Shown here: positions 37,913 to 46,565 of the stretch, piece after piece
Layout: each line of letters starts with the position of its first letter
Numbering within the stretch: the stretch's first letter is position 1
Source: a virus
Virus record (IMG/VR): IMGVR_UViG_3300023184_000070
Location: 1 to 64,000 of that record
Reading direction: 5' to 3' (one strand)
DNA: 64,000 bases
Notes under the pieces: model-generated
Databases searched by the model: none
What the model was told of the DNA's origin: nothing
What the model saw: the letters and a program-made list of their open reading frames with translations, nothing else
Program-made: the position numbers and the translations under genes

Positions 37913-38925
37913 AGATTTCTATAGATGTCTAGCAGCAGATTTGAATTAAACTTGTCGCTGGTGATGTTGGTTATCTGGCTGGTAACAATCTGGTCAACAC
38001 TTTCAAACTGTATGTTACCCAGCATAATGTTCTCGCCAAGATCAATTTCCTTTTGCGGAATCAAACTGATCTCTCGTAGACGATATGTGTCAATAAAAGT
38101 TTCTTTGATAAATGTAGCTTCTTCGTAGCTGATATCAATGTCGATATTGATTCTGCAATGCATACCTGGCAGCAGCATGGCTTCGGTGTGATTTAGCACG
38201 TCACTCAGCTTGAACACACGATACCGGGGTTGATCGGGCCAAGCATGATACACAGGGTCTTTACCCCATTCTAAAATTGTAAGTCCACGATCGTCGTCAC
38301 CAGCATCGGCATAGTTGTGCGGAAAGCAGTTGCCAATGTAGGTGATGTTCTTCTGTGTCTGTCGCTTGTGGAAGTGACCAGTAAACACATGATCAAAGTT
38401 GTTGAAGTGTTCTCTGCGCACCTCACCATGATCTGGCATGGCAACCATGGCGTTCATCAAGTATCCAGGCAGTTCAAAGTGCCCAAACATGTATTTGGCT
38501 GATAGCTTGGGGATTCGCTTGTGATCGTCCCCAACAAGCCAAGGAGCGATAACCACATCCCCACTAGCAAACCAATCGTTAACAATTTGAATGTTCGGGA
38601 GGTGACGAGCCCAGTCAACCGATTGGATATCACGTTTATCGCGATAATACAGATCATGGTTGCCGGGAATAAAATAAACACGATCAAAGTTATCATTTAA
38701 ATGCTCTAGTGCCCTAAGACTATAGTTCAAGGTTACGATGTTGATGCTGGCTCTGTTGTTGTGCCAATCACCAAGAAACATGGCTGTTTCGCAACCTTCC
38801 GACTTGGCCTTGGCAGTGGCCCATTTGACAAAATTCAAACAGTCGTCGTTGTGTACTTGACTGTTGGACTTTAGACCAAAGTGTATATCTGTAAAAATTG
38901 CGGCTTTTTTAAATAGATTAGTCAT
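37909..38925 (-). CDS. gp47: Recombination endonuclease nuclease subunit (gp47, Mre11/SbcD-like)
   Basis: DIHFG, LGDW, GNHD, GHFE and GHFH phosphoesterase motifs. Confidence 0.95.
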   Translation of the reverse strand: MTNLFKKAAIFTDIHFGLKSNSQVHNDDCLNFVKWATAKAKSEGCETAMFLGDWHNNRASINIVTLNYSLRALEHLNDNFDRVYFIPGNHDLYYRDKRDIQSVDWARHLPNIQIVNDWFASGDVVIAPWLVGDDHKRIPKLSAKYMFGHFELPGYLMNAMVAMPDHGEVRREHFNNFDHVFTGHFHKRQTQKNITYIGNCFPHNYADAGDDDRGLTILEWGKDPVYHAWPDQPRYRVFKLSDVLNHTEAMLLPGMHCRINIDIDISYEEATFIKETFIDTYRLREISLIPQKEIDLGENIMLGNIQFESVDQIVTSQITNITSDKFNSNLLLDIYRNL

Positions 38926-38932
38926 TGATACA

Positions 38933-38941
38933 AGTATAGCA
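38933..38941 (-). promoter_or_regulatory. Extended -10 sigma70-type promoter (TGcTATACT)
   Basis: TGn + TATACT sits 7 nt before the gp47 ATG with no SD. Confidence 0.55.
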
Positions 38942-38970
38942 GAAAACAGTGGCTAGAAGCGACGGACAAT

Positions 38971-39849
38971 TTACTCGTCTCCGCCCCCACCCCCACCACC
39001 CCGTCCCCAATCTGCTTGTCTTGAGTAGCTGGGGTTCATATTGTTCATTTCTAGGATGTCATCACGAAGATTCTGATTACGTTTTTCAATATTAAGCACA
39101 CGAGTAAAACTATTAGTAATGGCGGCGGTATAGTACGCAAAAGGATTCTGACTTTTGCTTTCATCGAATTGTAGTCCAATCTGGCTCAGTTGTAGCAGGG
39201 CTTGGCTGCGCATTTCATCGTTATAAGTGTAACCACGCCAGTTGCTGCGAGTAGCATAGCGCTCACACAGTTTCATAAACATCAGGGCTAACTTTTTAGT
39301 CATTGCGCCGTGATCCCTGTTAAACTCTCCAGATATTAAATCACCACGCCAATGACTTTTACCTACACAAAATGGTTGAATAGCGTCATTGACTTTATAG
39401 TGTTGAAACGGGGGAAAGTTGCATTTGGTGTATTTGGTAGTGGCCAATACATCTTCGTCGTATTCGGTACGTACAATATCTTCCTCCTCATCCTCTAAAT
39501 CAAGTTTAGCTCTGGCTTTGGCACTTTTAACTTCATCTACTGGGATATGTTCCCAAGTCATAACTCGAAAAACCACATCAGTATCTTTGATACTAGCAAC
39601 GTCAATGCTAAAATCATCGAGTCTGCGTTTTTCTCCAGATGCAGCCACCGCTGCTTCGTGTGCTAGTTTGGCTAAACGTTCGGATCTTGTCTCACGTGCT
39701 TCTAAAATACTTTTAGGAGTAATCTCAGTGACGTCATGCAAGATCATGTCGTAATCAGCATCTGTGGTTTCTAAAAACACACAGTATGTGGTTTTGCTCT
39801 TATGAATCTCTTTCAAGATGTCTTTGTTGTTGAGATAATTATGTTTGAT
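38971..39849 (-). CDS. gp55: Late-transcription sigma factor (gp55-like), ATC start proposed
   Basis: NYLNNKDIL N-terminal motif, NWRGYTYNDEM, FDESKSQNPFAYYT, EKRNQ; AAGGAG SD 7 nt before ATC 39849. Confidence 0.9.
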   Translation of the reverse strand: MKHNYLNNKDILKEIHKSKTTYCVFLETTDADYDMILHDVTEITPKSILEARETRSERLAKLAHEAAVAASGEKRRLDDFSIDVASIKDTDVVFRVMTWEHIPVDEVKSAKARAKLDLEDEEEDIVRTEYDEDVLATTKYTKCNFPPFQHYKVNDAIQPFCVGKSHWRGDLISGEFNRDHGAMTKKLALMFMKLCERYATRSNWRGYTYNDEMRSQALLQLSQIGLQFDESKSQNPFAYYTAAITNSFTRVLNIEKRNQNLRDDILEMNNMNPSYSRQADWGRGGGGGGGDE

Positions 39850-39913
39850 GGTAGTTCTCCTTATAATATATGTACATTTTACATTGAATAAATATTAAAC
39901 ACAAGAGGTTTTT

Positions 39914-40789
39914 ATGTCATTTTTAGATACTATTGGTAGCGCAGTTTCAGGTATTGCAAGTAGCAAATTTGGTGCTAGTGTTGGCAACATTTTAGACCCC
40001 AGTAATGCTCGACTGTCATTGACCAATTTACTCAAAGGTGGTACACAGAAAAAACCTAAAGTTGCTGAAACTCGTGTCAATGTCTTTGCTCCCGGATTGC
40101 CAAATGATGATTGGCGTATTAAAGTTACAGTTGGACAGAATTCTGGCATATTTTATCAAAACAGCGATGCTGGTATTTTAACTCCATTGCAAAGCACCAA
40201 AGGTGTTGTATTTCCCTATACTCCGAGTATAACTACTAGTTTTAGTGCCGGATATACCGCACAAAAACTAACCCACAGTAATTATCCTGCGTACTATTAT
40301 GACAGCAGCGACACTGCCGCTATATCAATTACTGGCGACTTTACTGTACAAAATGTAACCGAAGGTCAATATCTGTTAGCATGTATTTATTTTTTCAGGG
40401 CTGCTACAAAAATGTTTTATGGATCTGGCAGTCACACCGGAAATCCGCCTCCTATATTATTTCTAGATGGGTATGGTAAACAGTATTTCCCGCATGTGCC
40501 TTGTGTGCTAACTTCCTTTACACATACCATGCCAGCTGACGTTGATTATATTCAAATTCCCGGATCCGAGCCGTTAACTGGTAAACCAAAGAGCGCACTG
40601 CAAGATCCACAACAAAGTTCCCAAGAAAATTTAATTAACACTGCTAGGACAGTTTCACAATTGACTCGAGTTCCAACAAATAGCCAAATTCAAATAACAT
40701 TACAACCGGTATACAGTCGCAGAAGCATTGCTGATTTTGACCTTGAACAATTTGCTCAGGGTCGGTTATTAGATCGAGGATTCCTATAA
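39914..40789 (+). CDS. Baseplate/tail-tube-fold protein (gp48/gp54-like)
   Basis: VFPYTPSI...HSNY...ISITGDFT...GNPPP..LDGYG...VPCV; TAAATA 39889-39894 and GAGG SD. Confidence 0.65.
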   Translation: MSFLDTIGSAVSGIASSKFGASVGNILDPSNARLSLTNLLKGGTQKKPKVAETRVNVFAPGLPNDDWRIKVTVGQNSGIFYQNSDAGILTPLQSTKGVVFPYTPSITTSFSAGYTAQKLTHSNYPAYYYDSSDTAAISITGDFTVQNVTEGQYLLACIYFFRAATKMFYGSGSHTGNPPPILFLDGYGKQYFPHVPCVLTSFTHTMPADVDYIQIPGSEPLTGKPKSALQDPQQSSQENLINTARTVSQLTRVPTNSQIQITLQPVYSRRSIADFDLEQFAQGRLLDRGFL

Positions 40790-41088
40790 TGGCGGTATAT
40801 TCAAAAACAAGCCCGTATCACGAAACCCAACAATTTGGTCCTTTCTTAGATACTTTAACCTATCGTAGTATTCCTAAAAACATCAACGATACCAGTTATA
40901 CCATAGATGAAATTTATAATTTAAAACCACAACTGTTGGCGTTTGACTTATACGGTGATCCTGCACTGTGGTGGGTATTTGCCAGCAGAAATCCAAACGT
41001 ATTAATAGATCCACTTTTTAGTTTTGTATCGGGCACAACAATTTTTATTCCTTCTAAAGACACACTAATATCAACCTTAGGCCTGTAA
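40789..41088 (+). CDS. Baseplate wedge protein (gp53-like, LysM-like)
   Basis: PQLLAFDLYGDPALWWVFASRN...GTTIFIP. Confidence 0.8.
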   Translation: MAVYSKTSPYHETQQFGPFLDTLTYRSIPKNINDTSYTIDEIYNLKPQLLAFDLYGDPALWWVFASRNPNVLIDPLFSFVSGTTIFIPSKDTLISTLGL

Positions 41089-41089
41089 T

Positions 41090-43900
41090 ATGGACAATGG
41101 CGCTTATAAAAAATATTTAGAAAAACAAAGACAGGCCGAAATTAAAGCCAATGCTGAAAAAGGCAAAAAAGCCGCTGACGAAGAACGTAAAAAGTTAGCT
41201 TTAGAAAACGAACATAATAACCAACAGGCATCAGCAAGAATTAATCGTCAAGGCGCAGCTCAGTCCTTACCACCACCATCAACCTCAACTAATTCTGCAG
41301 GCAAAGTTGGCGGCAGGAAAATCACTAAAGAAGAGTGGGACGCAGCAAAAGCAGCAGCAGGAGAACAGCAAACTACCGACGCCGACGAATCTGCAGCCGA
41401 GACCGCTAGACTTGCAAGAAAAGAAAAAGAACTAGTAGTTGAGTCAAACAAATATGTAGAGTTTGAACCAAGATCAAATTTATTATTAGAATATGCAGAC
41501 TACACCTATAGTTTAAGTTTACACATAATTCCACCTAAAAAGTATAACGATATGGTGTTAACACCGGGGTATGTTTATAATACCATGTGGGATCCATTTT
41601 TTACCAGCTCTTCAAAAAAATCTGGTGTTAGAAAAATTAGTAAAGAAGAATGGGATAGAGGAGTAGCAATAACTGACGCCTCTACAGGAAACACTGGTAC
41701 TTTGCAAGGCCTAGTGGGCACAGTGTTAATTTCCAGCGCCGGCCGCCGCGGCGATCAGTATAATAGACATCCTGCGTTTAAAGAAGATTTTTATTTTGAA
41801 AATCTAACAATGAAAACCATAGTAGGTATGAATGTCCGCACAAAAAATACCAATGCTATCGAAATGAGTTTTACTATAATTGAGCCATATGGCGTGACTT
41901 TACTGGATCGCTTACTGGAAGTAACAAAACAAATTGGTACTAAAAGTTGGATGCAGATCCCTTACATGCTACAGGTGGACTTTTTAGGTAATAATTCCGC
42001 TGGTGAGTTATTGACGCCAATCCCAAATCAAACCAAATACATACCTATTAGAATACTTGCTTGTAAAATAAACATTTCTACCAAGGGCGCAGAGTATCAA
42101 ATACAAGCGGTGCCATTTGGTCAACAAGCATTCACTGAAAGTATTGGTAGCACTCCGGCTATATTAGAAGTACAAGCATCAACTGTTGGAGAATTTTTCA
42201 GTAGTAAAGGCAATGCCGGACAGGCCAGTTCTATAATTGCGGTGCAGCAATTAGATAAAGAACGTCTTGATGGAATTTATAAAGAAGTTGCAGCTGAAAA
42301 AAAGAAAACCAATCCCGATGACAAGCGTGTGGCAGATTTGCAGTCAAAAGCCGATTCAGTTACCAAAGATCTAGCAAAAACTCCGTACATAGTCGGCAGC
42401 TATGCTGCGGCAATGAATAGTTACCAGTCCCAGCTGGCGACAACCGGACACTCACAACATGCCGAAATTTATGAATTTGATATCCATCCTGACATAGCAA
42501 AATCAAAAATAGTAATACCAAAAACCACTACATCTGCAAGCACTGCAATGACAGACCCAGTTAAAGCATTGCGCAACAATGCTAAAATATCCAACGTTGG
42601 TATTGATCAATCTAAATCGGGGTTCAGCATAAATGCCGGAACATCAATCATTGAAGTTATTAACATGGTTATGCGAGCCAGTGATCTTATAAGAGATCAA
42701 ATTTACGATCCCGCTACAGATGCTAAAAAAATAACTAAAGATAAAAATGATCCCATGACATGGTTTAAAATAACCAGTACTGTGGAATTATTAGAGTTTG
42801 ATTCTATTAGAGATACGTATAGTAAAAAAATTACATACCATATTATGCCTACGGCTATCTTTAATACAAAATTTCCAAATGCACCAAAGTCGGAACCAAA
42901 ATCAGTTACTAAACAATATCATTATATGTATAGTGGCCAGAACGATAGTATCATTGAATTTAGTTTAGATTTTGATACTATGTTTTATACTGCAATCACT
43001 GCTGATCGTAGTAAAATTCAACAAACCGAAGTGCAACAAGAAAATCCTGATGGCACTAGGCAATCGTTAAACAATTCAACTGGCCCGGTACAAATAACCA
43101 ACCATCAAATAAAATTAGTGGCGGGTCATGCAGATATACCTCGTGCAGCCAATCCTGATAGTAAAGCTGCATTAGTTACTGATTTTTATAAAAGCACGTT
43201 AAGCTCAAGTCGCGGGGATATGATCAACGTTAAACTTAAAATTTTAGGTGATCCAGAATTTATCAAACAAGATGATATATTTTTTAATCCTCGAACCAAC
43301 CCCGATCAAAACAGTGGTAAACTGATTGATAAAAACGGCAGTATAATGTTTGATAGTGCTGAACGATTTGTATTACTAACCTTCAACACCCCAGTAGATG
43401 TAGACCCCGAATCAGGATTAATGGTAGTTGATTCAAAATATACTACCAGTGCATTTAGTGGTATATACAAAATTATCACTGTCGACAATGAGTTTGCTGG
43501 TGGATCATTTACCCAGACTCTAGACCTTATTAGAATTTTTGAAAATTTTAACGGGGTCGAGCCTGAGGTACGCCAACCTGAGTTAACTACTATACCTCAA
43601 AATAAAACTGAAGAAACCGCAGTTAGAACTGGTGTGAATTTAAGTAATACCACTAGTGGCAGCAGCCGCGGCAAAGTGAACCCTTCTTCTAGTCTAGAGT
43701 CTGCAGGATACCCAGAAGCATACAGCGATCCCATGGGCAGCGGTGACGGCGCAGCTATCATGCACGAGGCCAGGCAATCAACGCCTCCCCCACCTCCACC
43801 AAAACCAGTCAGTACAGGACTACCAGACCCAGTCAAAGATCCCAAAGGGTATAAAGCCGAAATCAATAGACGACTTAAAAACAAGTACGGTAGTAATTAA
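41090..43900 (+). CDS. Baseplate hub protein (gp27-like), 936 aa
   Basis: FTIIEPYG, LKILGDP, FSGIYKIITVDNEFAGGSFTQTLDL; located between gp53-like and gp5-like genes. Confidence 0.65.
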   Translation: MDNGAYKKYLEKQRQAEIKANAEKGKKAADEERKKLALENEHNNQQASARINRQGAAQSLPPPSTSTNSAGKVGGRKITKEEWDAAKAAAGEQQTTDADESAAETARLARKEKELVVESNKYVEFEPRSNLLLEYADYTYSLSLHIIPPKKYNDMVLTPGYVYNTMWDPFFTSSSKKSGVRKISKEEWDRGVAITDASTGNTGTLQGLVGTVLISSAGRRGDQYNRHPAFKEDFYFENLTMKTIVGMNVRTKNTNAIEMSFTIIEPYGVTLLDRLLEVTKQIGTKSWMQIPYMLQVDFLGNNSAGELLTPIPNQTKYIPIRILACKINISTKGAEYQIQAVPFGQQAFTESIGSTPAILEVQASTVGEFFSSKGNAGQASSIIAVQQLDKERLDGIYKEVAAEKKKTNPDDKRVADLQSKADSVTKDLAKTPYIVGSYAAAMNSYQSQLATTGHSQHAEIYEFDIHPDIAKSKIVIPKTTTSASTAMTDPVKALRNNAKISNVGIDQSKSGFSINAGTSIIEVINMVMRASDLIRDQIYDPATDAKKITKDKNDPMTWFKITSTVELLEFDSIRDTYSKKITYHIMPTAIFNTKFPNAPKSEPKSVTKQYHYMYSGQNDSIIEFSLDFDTMFYTAITADRSKIQQTEVQQENPDGTRQSLNNSTGPVQITNHQIKLVAGHADIPRAANPDSKAALVTDFYKSTLSSSRGDMINVKLKILGDPEFIKQDDIFFNPRTNPDQNSGKLIDKNGSIMFDSAERFVLLTFNTPVDVDPESGLMVVDSKYTTSAFSGIYKIITVDNEFAGGSFTQTLDLIRIFENFNGVEPEVRQPELTTIPQNKTEETAVRTGVNLSNTTSGSSRGKVNPSSSLESAGYPEAYSDPMGSGDGAAIMHEARQSTPPPPPPKPVSTGLPDPVKDPKGYKAEINRRLKNKYGSN

Positions 43901-43914
43901 TCAAGGACATCAAC

Positions 43915-46128
43915 ATGCGAGATAAAAGAATAGGCAAGAAACCACCAGATCATTTCTTACGGGAAGCGTCTAGTGCTAGATTAGACAGCGGCCCGTTTAT
44001 TGGTAAGGTAAAAAATAATCTAGATCCTACTAGGAGCGGACGAATGGATGTTTGGATTGCTGATTTAGGAGCAGGTGATGAAGCTAATCCTGAAAATTGG
44101 CGTACAGTGTCTTATGCTAGTCCGTTTTTTGGTAGCACATATCAACCAGACACTACCAAAGCAAATTCCTACAGTAAAGTGCGGCATACTTACGGCTTTT
44201 GGGCCGTCCCTCCGGACATAGGAGTGTTTGTGCTTTGTACATTTGTTGCCGGAGATCCTGAGCGCGGCTTTTGGTTTGCCTGTGTACCAAATACCCTAGG
44301 AAATCATATGGTGCCCGGTATTGCTGGTAGTAGCAATAAAGATACATCAACTCTTGAAGATTCTTCTTTATTGGCATCTATAGATAAAACAACTATTGTG
44401 GCAGAATTTAACGAAAACAGTGAACCAGACTGGACAAATTTTCCAAACATTAAAAAACCAGTACACGAACATCAATTAAAAGTACTACGGGCACAGGGAC
44501 TAGAAAAAGATTTTATTCGTGGTATAATATCCAGTAGTTCTCAGCGCGAAATGCCCAGCGCAGTTTTTGGTATAAGCACCCCTGGTCGCCCTATCAATGA
44601 CCCAACACCAGACCCCGACTTCCAAAAAAAATTAGTATCTGGTGATCTAAATCCTGTAGACTATGCTGTTGCAGCCCGCCGAGGCGGTCATCAGTTTGTC
44701 ATGGATGACGGAGATTTAAACGACAAAGATCGTTTAATTCGATTACGCACTGCCGGCGGTCATCAATTGTTAATGAACGATAGCGAAAAAATAATTTATA
44801 TTGGCAACAGCAATGGCAGTGTGTGGGTTGAATTAACTGGAGAAGGCCACTTAAACATATACTCTGCAGATAGCATTAATGTACGTGCAGGGGTTGATTT
44901 GAATTTTCATGCTGATAATAATATAAATTTTAATGCCGGTCAAAATATAAATGTCAGTGCAGGAAAAACTCTTGTTGCACAAAGCCCTGACATTAATTTA
45001 AATTCAGTTCAGGGATTAACAATGTATGGTGGCCAAGTAAATATTGGCAGCGATGGCGGATTAAATCTAAACGCGAATGGGGTAACTTCAATAAACGGTA
45101 GTGCCGGAACTAGGATTACTGGCGCTAAAGTAACGTTAAACGAGGGAGGAACCGTTGGAGTAGCACGACCCACAGCACTTAAAATTAATAAATTAAGTGA
45201 TACTGGTAAACAAGGGTTGGTGTGGAAAAGTGTAGATGGAGCATTAGAAACTATAGTTCCGATAGCACCGACCCACGAGCCATGGAAATTACATCAAACT
45301 ATAGCACCAGTTACACAGGCAGTGGTTCCGGCAGCAACACCTGCCGCAACACCTGCTGCAACACCAGCCGCGACACCTGCTGCAACACCAGCCGCGACAC
45401 CTGCTGCAACACCAGCCGCGGCAGCACCTGTGGCTGCTAAACCTGCTAAAGCTAGCCCACTAGAAAAACCAATACCGATAGTTGAGTGTGAAGGCAAAGG
45501 CGTTATTGCACTAGCAGATCAAGGTCCAAAAGCCGCAGTAGGAAAACCTGTGCGTAAGCCATTAAATAAAAAATATCTAGCCAGGCCTGATGCCCCCAAC
45601 CCACCAGCTGGTATTGGCCCACTACCAAAATCACATACCAAAGCAGTATTTGCACAGCTGGCTTGGAGCGAGAGTACTTGGAATTACACAACAGTAAACG
45701 AATTAAACTATATAGGCAAATATCAAATGGGTGCAATTGCATTGACTACATTAGGATATATTAAAAATGATGCCTATAAGCAGTACGGAAATAAGGCAAT
45801 GAATTATACAACCAGCTGGACTACTAAAGCAAATACGGCAGGTATTGCGTCAAAAGAAGATTTTTTAAACAATCCTGCGTTCCAAGAAAAAGTAATGATG
45901 GAAAATACTTTGTTTAATTACAAAAGTTTGAGTCAAAAAGGCGCAATTAAAGAGGGCGATGATTTGTGTACAGTTGCTGGAATGATATGTGCAAGCCACC
46001 TAATTGGCGCCGGTGCGGCAAGTACCTGGCGTAAAACAGGCGAAGGTAGTGATGCTAATGGAACAACTGGTACTGATTATTTTAATATGGGAAGATATGC
46101 GGTTGACGTTTTAGCAGCCACGACATAG
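43915..46128 (+). CDS. Baseplate central spike (gp5/VgrG-like) with C-terminal lysozyme-like domain
   Basis: OB-fold DPTRSGR...YGFWAVPPDIG, GHQFVMDD...RTAGGHQ beta-helix, C-terminal ES..NY...YIGKYQMG...FLNNP..QE. Confidence 0.8.
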   Translation: MRDKRIGKKPPDHFLREASSARLDSGPFIGKVKNNLDPTRSGRMDVWIADLGAGDEANPENWRTVSYASPFFGSTYQPDTTKANSYSKVRHTYGFWAVPPDIGVFVLCTFVAGDPERGFWFACVPNTLGNHMVPGIAGSSNKDTSTLEDSSLLASIDKTTIVAEFNENSEPDWTNFPNIKKPVHEHQLKVLRAQGLEKDFIRGIISSSSQREMPSAVFGISTPGRPINDPTPDPDFQKKLVSGDLNPVDYAVAARRGGHQFVMDDGDLNDKDRLIRLRTAGGHQLLMNDSEKIIYIGNSNGSVWVELTGEGHLNIYSADSINVRAGVDLNFHADNNINFNAGQNINVSAGKTLVAQSPDINLNSVQGLTMYGGQVNIGSDGGLNLNANGVTSINGSAGTRITGAKVTLNEGGTVGVARPTALKINKLSDTGKQGLVWKSVDGALETIVPIAPTHEPWKLHQTIAPVTQAVVPAATPAATPAATPAATPAATPAATPAATPAAAAPVAAKPAKASPLEKPIPIVECEGKGVIALADQGPKAAVGKPVRKPLNKKYLARPDAPNPPAGIGPLPKSHTKAVFAQLAWSESTWNYTTVNELNYIGKYQMGAIALTTLGYIKNDAYKQYGNKAMNYTTSWTTKANTAGIASKEDFLNNPAFQEKVMMENTLFNYKSLSQKGAIKEGDDLCTVAGMICASHLIGAGAASTWRKTGEGSDANGTTGTDYFNMGRYAVDVLAATT
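45328..45420 (+). repeat. 12-nt PAAT tandem repeat, seven copies (linker)
   Basis: ccNgcNgcRaca units encoding (PAAT)7 followed by PAA. Confidence 0.9.
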
Positions 46129-46141
46129 GGTTAAATACATT

Positions 46142-46519
46142 ATGATCACGTATAAAGGTTTTAGTACTTACAATAGATTCAAAAAGTTTCGCTTAACTGA
46201 TTTTGAACTGGCTAAACAAGATTTGTTTAATCATTTTCATATACGCAAGGGCGAAAAATTAATGAATCCCAACTTTGGCACCATAATATGGGATGTGCTG
46301 TTTGAGCCTTTCACTGAAGAAATTAAGCAATTAATTGTTAACGATGTAACTCGCGTGGCAAAGTACGACCCTAGACTATCAATCAGTGATATTGTAGTAA
46401 CACAATACCAATACGGGATACAAATTGAGTTAGCATTAACTTATATTCCAACAAATCAAACACAGGCAATGGCCGTTTCTTTCAATCAAAAGCTAAATTC
46501 TATGTCAGTTGACAATTAA
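46142..46519 (+). CDS. gp25: Baseplate wedge protein (gp25-like)
   Basis: YKGFS...DLFNHF.IRKGEKLMNPNFGTIIWD.LFEP...YDPR. Confidence 0.9.
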   Translation: MITYKGFSTYNRFKKFRLTDFELAKQDLFNHFHIRKGEKLMNPNFGTIIWDVLFEPFTEEIKQLIVNDVTRVAKYDPRLSISDIVVTQYQYGIQIELALTYIPTNQTQAMAVSFNQKLNSMSVDN

Positions 46520-46538
46520 CTGCGTGTATTATAAATGC

Positions 46539-46546
46539 TATAAATA
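46539..46546 (+). promoter_or_regulatory. T4-type late promoter TATAAATA
   Basis: Exact consensus upstream of the gp6-like gene. Confidence 0.8.
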
Positions 46547-46565
46547 TTAAATACCGGACAATACA

